Positions 51,953-62,660 are shown, numbered from the whole stretch's first letter. The stretch: DNA of 63,641 nucleotides, filler included, from Octopus bimaculoides (GCF_001194135.2; 4 parts of 4 records of this genome joined end to end with filler, not necessarily neighbours in it), one strand, 5' to 3'. Notes: generated by a model from the letters alone, not told the origin. Made by a program: numbers and translations.

Positions 51953-52123
51953 TAGCAAAGAGGTAGCTCGAATTTGTACTTGAATCAAACGCCGCCGCGG
52001 ATACATAAGGTGGGGTATTATCAAATAGGTCCCGTATATTAAGAGGCCCTGATTTGAGTGACCCCAACTGGTCTAATTTAAATGCCTGGTTGTTGCTAAA
52101 TGCGAGGTAACCCTCCGTGTAAT
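51953..52123 (-). CDS. Mucin-hemopexin gene exon: (Y)YTEGYLAFSNNQAFKLDQLGSLKSGPLNIRDLFDNTPPYVSAAAFDSSTNSSYLFA
   Basis: CTTTCATTTTTTTCCAG acceptor, GTAAGT donor, 171 nt, phase 1 to 1. LF..TP..VSAAAFD....SYLF fits the hemopexin P..IDAA.......YFF pattern. Confidence 0.85.
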
Positions 52124-52174
52124 CTGGAAAAAAATGAAAGCAATATTCGTTAATATCATCATCGTCACCGTTTA

Positions 52175-52306
52175 GTTAGGTAGTTAGGTAGGTAGGTAGG
52201 TAGGTAGATATAGAGATGGATAGATAGATAGATAGATGGATGGATAGGTAGGTAGGTAGGTAGGTAGGTAGGTAGGTAGGTAGATAGATAGATAGATATA
52301 GAGATG

Positions 52307-52356
<50 letters not shown>

Positions 52357-52363
52357 CACAGAC

Positions 52364-52413
<50 letters not shown>

Positions 52414-52442
52414 GTAGGTAGATAGCGATAGATAGATAGATC

Positions 52443-52496
<54 letters not shown>

Positions 52497-52502
52497 CAGA
52501 CA
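52175..52502. repeat. Compound (TAGG)n/(TAGA)n tetranucleotide microsatellite
   Basis: Directly visible. Confidence 0.95.
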
Positions 52503-52701
52503 GATTCGCCTTTTCTATTTCCTCTCTCTGCTTATTTCTGCATTCCCTTCCGACTAAGAGCGTAGGCTCGCAACATAAAAAGCCTTCGTCTTGTCCCTTC
52601 GTAAATTCTCACTTAAGAAATTACCCACAATACAGACACCCCCCCTAAAAAAAACATTTTGTCCCCGAGATCTACCACAATCTTAAGACCATCGTTATTC
52701 A

Positions 52702-53738
52702 TTTAGGGTCAGGCTTAGGGTTTTAGAGTCAGGGATAGGTTTTGGAGTTAGGGTTAGGGTTTTAGAGTCAGTGAATGGGTTTTATCATTAAGGATAATGT
52801 TTTAGAGATAGGGTTAGGTTCGGGTTTTAGCGTTAGGGATAGGGTTTTAGAGTTAGGGTTAGGGTTCTGGTTTTATAGTTAGGGTTTTAGGGTCAGGCTT
52901 AGGGATAGGGTTTTAGGGTTAGGGATAGGATAGTAGAGTTCGGGTTCGGATTTTAGAGTTAGGGTTAGGGTTTTATAGTTAAGGTGTTAGGGTCAGGCTT
53001 AAGGATAGGGTTTTAGGGTTAGGGATAGGGTTTTAGAGTTAGGGTTAGGGTTTTATAGTTAAGGTTTTAGGGTCAGGCTTAAGGATAGGGTTTTGGGGTT
53101 AGGGATAGGGTTTTAGAGTTAGGCATAGGGTTTTAGAGTTAGGGTTCGGGTTTTATAGTTAGGGATTTAGGGTCAGGCTTAGGGATAGGGTTTTAGGGTT
53201 AGGGATAGGGTTTTAGGGTTAAGGATAGGGTTTTAGAGTTAGGGTTAGGGTTCGGATTTGAGGGTTAGGGATTTAGGGTCAGGGTTATTGTTTTAAGGTT
53301 ATGGATAAGATTTTAGAGTTAGAGTTAGTGTATTAGGGCCAGGATTAGGTTCGGGTTTTTGGGTTAGGGTTTTAGAGTTAGGATTAGGTTCGGGTTTTAG
53401 AGGTAGGGTTTTAGGGTCAGGCTTAGGGATAGGGTTTGAGTGATAGGGATAGGGTTTTAGAGTTAGGGTCAGGGTTCGGGTTTTAGGGATAGGGTTTTAG
53501 AGTTAGAGTTAGGGTTTTAGGGTCAGAGTTAGGATTTTAGAGTTAGTTAAGGGTTTTAGGGCCAGGATTAGGTTCGGGTTTTAGGGTTAGGGTTAGGGTT
53601 AGGTTTAGGGCTAGGGTTAGGTTTAGGGTTTAGGGTTAGGTTTAGGGTTAGGGTTAGGGTTAGGTTTAGGGCTAGTGCTAGGGTTCGGGTTAGGGTTTAG
53701 GGTTAGGGTTAGGGCTAGGGTTAGGGTTGGGGTTAGGG
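52702..53738 (+). repeat. Interstitial telomeric array 3: variant TTAGGG/TTTTAGGG/GATAGG satellite grading into near-canonical TTAGGG
   Basis: GGTCAGGCTT recurs at 52707, 52891, 52991, 53071, 53171 and 53415 (80/100-bp spacing in the core); near-canonical hexamers from ~53580. Confidence 0.95.
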
Positions 53739-53802
53739 TCCGAGCCCTTACCAGCCCCCTATACCCGAAAAATGAAACATGATAAATTATCCATCAACCT
53801 AC

Positions 53803-54160
53803 ATTTCATCACTGCCGTATAAGCAAACGGACACTCGAAGTTCGGTATATTTGGTGGGGCCACAGTTGTAGTTGGTGCAGGGGTCGATGTTGTAGTTGTT
53901 CTTGTCGTTGTTGTCGTCGTCGTGGTAGAAGCTTGCGTTGAAAACAGAATTGTGGACAGCAAGGTTTCTTTCGTACTTGGTAACGTCGATGATAATGGTG
54001 ACGAGGGCGTTGGTGTTGATGTTGTTGGTGTGGTTGCTGGTGATGTTGTTGTTGGTGTTGATGTTGTTGGTGTGGTTGCTGGTGATGTTGTTGGTGTTGA
54101 TGTTGTTGGTGTGGTTGCTGGTGATGTTGTTGTTGGTGTTGATGTTGTTGGTGTGGTTGC
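53803..54160 (-). CDS. Mucin-hemopexin gene, Thr/Pro/Ser-rich exon (5' end lost in a gap): (ATTPTTSTPTT[T]SP)n...TTTVAPPNIPNFECPFAYTAVMK
   Basis: Open frame from the gap edge with 39/42-nt tandem coding repeats. The donor AAAT|GTAGGT at 53802 gives phase 1, matching the exon at 52123. Confidence 0.8.
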
Positions 54161-54488
54161 NNNNNNNNNNNNNNNNNNNNNNNNNNNNNNNNNNNNNNNN
54201 NNNNNNNNNNNNNNNNNNNNNNNNNNNNNNNNNNNNNNNNNNNNNNNNNNNNNNNNNNNNNNNNNNNNNNNNNNNNNNNNNNNNNNNNNNNNNNNNNNNN
54301 NNNNNNNNNNNNNNNNNNNNNNNNNNNNNNNNNNNNNNNNNNNNNNNNNNNNNNNNNNNNNNNNNNNNNNNNNNNNNNNNNNNNNNNNNNNNNNNNNNNN
54401 NNNNNNNNNNNNNNNNNNNNNNNNNNNNNNNNNNNNNNNNNNNNNNNNNNNNNNNNNNNNNNNNNNNNNNNNNNNNNNNNNNNNNNNN

Positions 54489-57400
54489 CCTAACCCTAAC
54501 CCTAACCCTAACCCTAAACCTAACCCTAACCCTAACCCTAACCCTAAAACCTAACTCTGATCCTCTGACCCTAAAACCCTGTCCCTAACCCTAAAACCCT
54601 ATCCTTAACCCTGAAACCCTAATCCTGACCCTAAAACGCTAACCCTAAAACCCGAACCCTAAAACCTGAACCCTAAAAACCGAACCCTAACCCAAACATT
54701 AAAACACAAACCCTAAAAATCGAACCCATACCCTAACTCTAAAACCCTATCCCTAACCCTAAAACCCTAACCCTGACCCTAAACCCTTAACCCTAAAACC
54801 TAAACCCTAAACATAACTCTAAAACCCTATCCCTAACCTTAAAACCCTTACCCTGACACTAAACACCTAATCCTAAAACCCGAACCCTAACCCTGACCCT
54901 AACCCTAACCTAACCCTAACCTTAACCCTAACCCTAACACTAACCCTAACCCTAACCCAAAGTACCGAAGGGCATATAACAGAATATACAAAAAAAAACA
55001 AGAACCCTAACACTAACCCTAACCCTAGCCCTAAACCTAACCCCAAGTACCGAAGGGCATATAACAGAATATACAAAAAACAAAAACCCTAACCCTAACC
55101 CTAACCCTAACCCTAAACCTAACCCTAACCCTAAAACACTAACCCTAACTCTAAAGCTCTATCGCTAACCCTGACCCTAACCCTAAGACTCAAACTCTAT
55201 CCCTAACTCTAAAACCCTGTCCCTAACCCTAAAACCCTATCCCTAACCCTAAAACCCTAATCCTGACTCTAAAACGCTAACCCTAAAACCCGAACCCTAA
55301 CCCAAACATTGAAACACAAACTCTAAAATTCAAACCCTTACCCTAACTCTAAAACCCTATCCCTAAGCATAAAACCCTAACCCTGACCCTAAAACCTTAA
55401 CCCTAAAACATAAACCCTAACCCTAACTCTAAAACCCTATCCCTAACCCTAAAACCCTTACCTGACCCTAAACACCAAACCCTAAAACCCGAACCCTAAC
55501 GCTGACCCTAACCCTAACCCTAAACCTAAACCTAACCCTAACACTAATCCTTACCCTAACTCTAGCCCCAAGTACCGAAGGGCATATAACAGAATATACA
55601 AAAAACAAAAACCCTAACCCTAAACCTAACCCTAACCCTAACCCTAGCCCTCACCCTAATCCCTAACCCTAACCCTTAACCCTAATAGCTAACTCTGATC
55701 CTAAAAACTAAACCTGACCCTAAAACCCTAACCCTAACCCAAACCCTAACCCTAACCCTAAATCTAACCCTAACCCTAACCCTATCACTAACTCTAAAAC
55801 CCTAACGCTGACTCTAAAATGCTAACCCTAACCCTAACCCTAAACCTAACCCTCCAATTTCTTCATTTTTCACATTTTTCTGTAACTCTAACCCTAATAC
55901 CTTAACCCTAAAACCTAACTCTAACTCTAAAGCCCTATCGCTAACCCTAATCCTAACCCTAAATCTCAAACCCTATCCCTAACTCTAAAACCCTATCCCT
56001 AACCCTGAAACCCTAACCCTGACCCTAAATCCCAACCCTAAAAACCAAACCTTAACCCTAACCTAAAACCCTATCCCTAACCCTAAAACCCTAATCCTGA
56101 CCCTAAAACCCGAACCCCAACCCTTACCTGACCCTAAACATCAAACCCTAAAACCCGAACCCTAACGCTGACCCTAACCCTAACCCTAAGCCAAAACCTA
56201 ACACTAACCCTAACCCTAACCCTAACCCTGACCCTAAATCCCAACCCTAAAAACCGAACCTTAACCCTAACTCTAAAACCCTATCCTTAACCCTAAAACC
56301 CTAATCCTGACCCTAAAACGAATTACCCTAAAACCCGAACCCCAACCCTTACCTGACCCTAAACACCAAACCCTAAAACCCGAACCCTAACGCTGACCCT
56401 AACCCTAACCCTAAACCAAAACCTAACCCTAACACTAATCCTGACCCTAAAACGAATAACCCTAAAACTCGAACCCTAACCGAAACATTAAATCACAAAC
56501 CCTAAAAATCGAACCCTTACCCTAACTCTAAAACCCTATCCCTATCCCTAAAACCCTAACCCTGATCCTAAAACCCGAACCCTAACCCCAAGTACCGAAG
56601 GGCATATAGCAGAATATACAAAAAAACCCTAACCCTAACCCTAACCCTAACCCTAACCCCAAGTACCGAATGGCATATAATAGAATATACAAAAAAACAA
56701 AAACATAACCCTAGCCCTAACCCCAAGTACCGAAGGGCATATAACAGAATATACAAAAGAACAAAAGCCCTAACCCAAACCCTAACCCTAACCCCAAGTA
56801 CCGAAGAGCATATAACAGAATATACAAAAAAATGCAAAAACCCTAACCCTAACCCTAACCCTAAAACCTAACTCTGATCATAAAACCCTCAACCTGACCC
56901 TAAAACCCCAACCCTAACTCTAAAGGCCTATCGCTAACCCTGACCCTAACCCTATCGCTAACTCTAAAACCCTGTCCCTAACCCTAGAACCCCATCCCTA
57001 ACCCTAAAACCCTAATCCTGACCCTAAAACGCTAACCCTAAAACCCGAACCCTAACCCAAACATTAAAACACAAACCCTAAATATCGAACCCTTACCCTG
57101 ACTCTAAAACCCTATCCCTAACCCTAAAAGCCTAACCCTGACCCTAAAACCTTAACCCTAAAACCTAAACCCTAACCCTAACTCTAAAACCCTATCACTA
57201 ACCCTAAAACCCTTACCCTGACCCTAAACACCAAACCCTAAAATCCGAACCCTAACCTTGACCCTAACCCTAACCCTAACCTTAACCCTAACCCTAACCC
57301 CAAGTACCGAAGGGCATATAACAGAATATACAAAAAAGCAAAAACCCTAACCCTAACCCTAACCTTAACCCTAACCCTAACCCCAAGTACCGAAGGGCAT

Positions 57401-58403
57401 ATAACAGAATATACAAAAAAACAAAAACCATAACCCTAAACCCAAGTACCGAAGGGCATATAACAGAATATACAAATAAACAAAAACCCTAACCCCAAGT
57501 ACCGAAGGGCATATAACAGAATATACAAAAGAAAGCAAAAACCCTAACCCTAACCCTAACCCTAACCCCAAGTACCGAAGGGCATATAACACAATATACA
57601 AAANNNNNNNNNNNNNNNNNNNNNNNNNNNNNNNNNNNNNNNNNNNNNNNNNNNNNNNNNNNNNNNNNNNNNNNNNNNNNNNNNNNNNNNNNNNNNNNNN
57701 NNNNNNNNNNNNNNNNNNNNNNNNNNNNNNNNNNNNNNNNNNNNNNNNNNNNNNNNNNNNNNNNNNNNNNNNNNNNNNNNNNNNNNNNNNNNNNNNNNNN
57801 NNNNNNNNNNNNNNNNNNNNNNNNNNNNNNNNNNNNNNNNNNNNNNNNNNNNNNNNNNNNNNNNNNNNNNNNNNNNNNNNNNNNNNNNNNNNNNNNNNNN
57901 NNNNNNNNNNNNNNNNNNNNNNNNNNNNNNNNNNNNNNNNNNNNNNNNNNNNNNNNNNNNNNNNNNNNNNNNNNNNNNNNNNNNNNNNNNNNNNNNNNNN
58001 NNNNNNNNNNNNNNNNNNNNNNNNNNNNNNNNNNNNNNNNNNNNNNNNNNNNNNNNNNNNNNNNNNNNNNNNNNNNNNNNNNNNNNNNNNNNNNNNNNNN
58101 NNNNNNNNNNNNNNNNNNNNNNNNNNNNNNNNNNNNNNNNNNNNNNNNNNNNNNNNNNNNNNNNNNNNNNNNNNNNNNNNNNNNNNNNNNNNNNNNNNNN
58201 NNNNNNNNNNNNNNNNNNNNNNNNNNNNNNNNNNNNNNNNNNNNNNNNNNNNNNNNNNNNNNNNNNNNNNNNNNNNNNNNNNNNNNNNNNNNNNNNNNNN
58301 NNNNNNNNNNNNCCCTAACCCTAAGACCCTAACTTTGACCCTAAATCCCTAACTCTAAAAACCGAACCCAAACCCTAATTCTAAAACCTATCCCTAACAC
58401 TAA

Positions 58404-58442
<39 letters not shown>

Positions 58443-58763
58443 CCTAACACTAAACCCTAACCCTAAAACCCTAAAACCCTAACCCTAAAACCCTAACCCT
58501 AAAACCGAACCCAAACCCTAATTCTAAAACCCTATCCCTAACACTAAAACCCTAACCCTATCCCTAAAACCCTAACCTTGACCCTAAATCCCTAACTCTA
58601 AAAACCGAACCCAAACCCTAATTCTAAAACCCTATCCCTAACCCTAAAACCCTAACCCTGACCCCAAAATCTTAACCCTAAAACCCGAACCCTAACTCTA
58701 ACTCTAAAACCCTATCTCTAACCCTAAAACCCTAACCCTAACCCAAACTCTGAAACCCTAACC

Positions 58764-58804
<41 letters not shown>

Positions 58805-58854
58805 CCCTAACACTAAACCCTAACCCTAAAACCCTAAAACCCTAACCCTAAAAC
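54489..58854 (-). repeat. Interstitial telomeric array 4: CCCTAA and variant (CCCTAAAA, CCCTAT, CCCTGA, CCCGAA) higher-order satellite, interrupted by the gap 57604-58312
   Basis: Directly visible; canonical at its left edge and variant further right; both ends run into N gaps. Confidence 0.95.
54959..57603 (+). repeat. 12 copies of a 30-nt cassette AAGTACCGAAGGGCATATAACAGAATATAC plus A-rich tail, embedded in CCCTAA repeats
   Basis: Copies start at ~54960, 55045, 55570, 56590, 56661, 56725, 56796, 57302, 57385, 57444, 57497 and 57570, each with 0-2 substitutions. Confidence 0.95.
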
Positions 58855-60664
58855 NNNNNNNNNNNNNNNNNNNNNNNNNNNNNNNNNNNNNNNNNNNNNN
58901 NNNNNNNNNNNNNNNNNNNNNNNNNNNNNNNNNNNNNNNNNNNNNNNNNNNNNNNNNNNNNNNNNNNNNNNNNNNNNNNNNNNNNNNNNNNNNNNNNNNN
59001 NNNNNNNNNNNNNNNNNNNNNNNNNNNNNNNNNNNNNNNNNNNNNNNNNNNNNNNNNNNNNNNNNNNNNNNNNNNNNNNNNNNNNNNNNNNNNNNNNNNN
59101 NNNNNNNNNNNNNNNNNNNNNNNNNNNNNNNNNNNNNNNNNNNNNNNNNNNNNNNNNNNNNNNNNNNNNNNNNNNNNNNNNNNNNNNNNNNNNNNNNNNN
59201 NNNNNNNNNNNNNNNNNNNNNNNNNNNNNNNNNNNNNNNNNNNNNNNNNNNNNNNNNNNNNNNNNNNNNNNNNNNNNNNNNNNNNNNNNNNNNNNNNNNN
59301 NNNNNNNNNNNNNNNNNNNNNNNNNNNNNNNNNNNNNNNNNNNNNNNNNNNNNNNNNNNNNNNNNNNNNNNNNNNNNNNNNNNNNNNNNNNNNNNNNNNN
59401 NNNNNNNNNNNNNNNNNNNNNNNNNNNNNNNNNNNNNNNNNNNNNNNNNNNNNNNNNNNNNNNNNNNNNNNNNNNNNNNNNNNNNNNNNNNNNNNNNNNN
59501 NNNNNNNNNNNNNNNNNNNNNNNNNNNNNNNNNNNNNNNNNNNNNNNNNNNNNNNNNNNNNNNNNNNNNNNNNNNNNNNNNNNNNNNNNNNNNNNNNNNN
59601 NNNNNNNNNNNNNNNNNNNNNNNNNNNNNNNNNNNNNNNNNNNNNNNNNNNNNNNNNNNNNNNNNNNNNNNNNNNNNNNNNNNNNNNNNNNNNNNNNNNN
59701 NNNNNNNNNNNNNNNNNNNNNNNNNNNNNNNNNNNNNNNNNNNNNNNNNNNNNNNNNNNNNNNNNNNNNNNNNNNNNNNNNNNNNNNNNNNNNNNNNNNN
59801 NNNNNNNNNNNNNNNNNNNNNNNTATATATATATATATTATCTCAGTTATTGAAACTTTCGATAATTTGAATACGTTAATGGTTACCAGAGTTAGCAAAA
59901 TTACACTAAAAAACAAGATATCCCAGCCGTTTTACAGGTTGATATACCGAGTTAAAGTGATACATTTTGAGAATATATGGATAATAACAACAAATGGAGC
60001 AAAATGCACGTCGATGAAAGTTATTTTAATTCCTACATATATGTTTCGAAGAATTATGACGGGGTCAACGGTATTATTCCACGGGCTTTAGGTATAAGAA
60101 CGCTAGTTTACATAGAAATATAAAGGGAGGGTGTTATTGATGTGAAGCTAAAGGTTGAGGTCAAGGAGTTATTTGGGTAAGGGGAGATAATTAAAGTCAA
60201 TGTTTACATATGTGTCTGCTAGGGTGCGGACACCTATGTACAAACACGTGCGTGTACGTACATACACACACACATATGCTTATGTGTACCTACGCAGTGG
60301 GACTGAACCCGGAACCATATGGTTGGTAAGCAAGCTACTTACCACACAGCCACTCCTACACCTATATATATATAGATATGCAGGGCAGTGAATCGTCAAT
60401 TAGTAATAAAATTAATAATTAACAATTTTGCCGGGTAGCTCAGTATGAAAAAACCTTTTCGGTAAAAAACATTTATAATCATAAATATACAGGGATTGAC
60501 AGTAACCTGCTTCTCCACCATACTGAGAATTCAGAAACAGCAGTCAAAGAACTACTGATTTCAAAACTACAAATTATTACTCTAGATTGATAGCGATATT
60601 TTTGATACACACAGAACAAAAAACAGTAGAGAAGAGTAAAAAAAAAACAAAAAAAAAACAACAA

Positions 60665-60764
60665 NNNNNNNNNNNNNNNNNNNNNNNNNNNNNNNNNNNN
60701 NNNNNNNNTTAATTAATTAANNNNNNNNNNNNNNNNNNNNNNNNNNNNNNNNNNNNNNNNNNNN
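60665..60764. other. Artificial scaffold linker (N44-TTAATTAATTAA-N44)
   Basis: Identical to the two earlier linkers. Confidence 0.95.
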
Positions 60765-60811
<47 letters not shown>

Positions 60812-61149
60812 AATGTATAAATATATGCAGTATTGGTAATATCTCGTTTATGAGGACATACTCTTGTGATTGTCTAAGCGAAAAGGTGGCAAAAAAGGAA
60901 GAAAAAACTTTGACTAAAAAACAATCGATTGATTGTTTTAACCAGCAAATTAAACAAACGATCGATTAGTTAGGTTGGTTACATATTTAACCATTTGACT
61001 AAAGTAAAGAAGGGGAATTGAAGCTGTACGCGTGTTATCATTACAGGCGTAATGACCCTCCCAAGAGACAGTAAAATATGCATGTATATATATACATGTG
61101 TTTGTGTGTGTGTGTGTGTTTATACACACAAGCACACATATATATTTGT

Positions 61150-61210
<61 letters not shown>

Positions 61211-61880
61211 CATGTATATACAGGCGTGGCTGTGTGGGTTCAGTCGTTCAGTCGCAATGCGTGTGGCCTTGGACAGCTGTCTTCTCCTACAACCTCGGGC
61301 CGACCAAAACCTTGTGAGTGGAATTAGTAGACGGAAACTGGAAGAAGCCCGTCGTATATATATATATATATGTATANNNNNNNNNNNNNNNNNNNNNNNN
61401 NNNNNNNNNNNNNNNNNNNNNNNNNNNNNNNNNNNNNNNNNNNNNNNNNNNNNNNNNNNNNNNNNNNNNNNNNNNNNNNNNNNNNNNNNNNNNNNNNNNN
61501 NNNNNNNNNNNNNNNNNNNNNNNNNNNNNNNNNNNNNNNNNNNNNNNNNNNNNNNNNNNNNNNNNNNNNNNNNNNNNNNNNNNNNNNNNNNNNNNNNNNN
61601 NNNNNNNNNNNNNNNNNNNNNNNNNNNNNNNNNNNNNNNNNNNNNNNNNNNNNNNNNNNNNNNNNNNNNNNNNNNNNNNNNNNNNNNNNNNNNNNNNNNN
61701 NNNNNNNNNNNNNNNNNNNNNNNNNNNNNNNNNNNNNNNNNNNNNNNNNNNNNNNNNNNNNNNNNNNNNNNNNNNNNNNNNNNNNNNNNNNNNNNNNNNN
61801 NNNNNNNNNNNNNNNNNNNNNNNNNNNNNNNNNNNNNNNNNNNNNNNNNNNNNNNNNNNNNNNNNNNNNAGTAAAAGATA

Positions 61881-61913
<33 letters not shown>

Positions 61914-62038
61914 TATATATACACATACATATATATACACACACACATACATATGTGTGTATGTGTCTACACACATACAGTGTATTCAAACGGAATTATT
62001 ATTTTGCGACTCGAGTTTCCCGCCACAGTAATAGCTAG

Positions 62039-62085
<47 letters not shown>

Positions 62086-62579
62086 ACACGTATACACACA
62101 TATATGTAAGTATAATATATATATATATACATATATATATGTGCATATATGGGTAATTATATCTGTGTGTATGTTTGTATGTAGGTAACACTAGAATGTT
62201 ACCCATTACGTAGCGGAGAGCTTTGGGAGTATACTTTTGTCGTCATGGGCAACATCAGGGAAATATAGCATACATACAATAACCTTAATGAAATCTTTTA
62301 TTAAATTTCTTGCAGTTTATTCGAAATTATGAAATGAATACTAAATTTTTTTCAGAATTTTTTACATTAAAACAAAATGAAATAAAGCAAATTTCTCGTT
62401 CGTATGACTCTTTCTATAATTACTCTATTCGTGCATGTGTATGTGTGTGCGTGTATGTGTGTGGTGTTCCGTTACACATTGCCTGCCACCAAACCTAGTA
62501 TGTGCACTCATCCTGCGTTTCTTATGTTAATCCTCTCTGCATTTCTCATTTACTCTTTCCCTTTTCTCTCTAAAAACCA

Positions 62580-62660
62580 ACCAGCGAATCAACGAATGAA
62601 CGAACGAACGAACGAACGAACCAACCAACCAACCAACCAACGAACCAGCCAGCCAACCAA
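62580..62660. repeat. (AACG)n/(AACC)n microsatellite
   Basis: Directly visible. Confidence 0.85.

Noticed and set aside
49874-53738. Reading CCCTAA array - 1.85 kb - TTAGGG array as an integrated telomere-capped mini-chromosome
   Set aside because: The enclosed exon splices in phase with exons outside the arrays on both sides, so it belongs to a resident gene.
53922-54588. Plus-strand Val/Gly/Asp-rich ORFs
   Set aside because: They are the antisense reading of the minus-strand Thr/Pro/Ser exon, which has a matching donor and phase.
54959-57603. CRISPR-like appearance of the 30-nt cassette array
   Set aside because: The spacers are telomeric hexamers rather than unique sequences, there are no cas genes, and the context is animal nuclear DNA.
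59836-59916. Signal-peptide-like MFFSVILLTLVTINVF as the first exon of the mucin-hemopexin gene
   Set aside because: The start is TTG, with an in-frame stop shortly upstream, no ATG and no clear donor before the (TA)n and gap.
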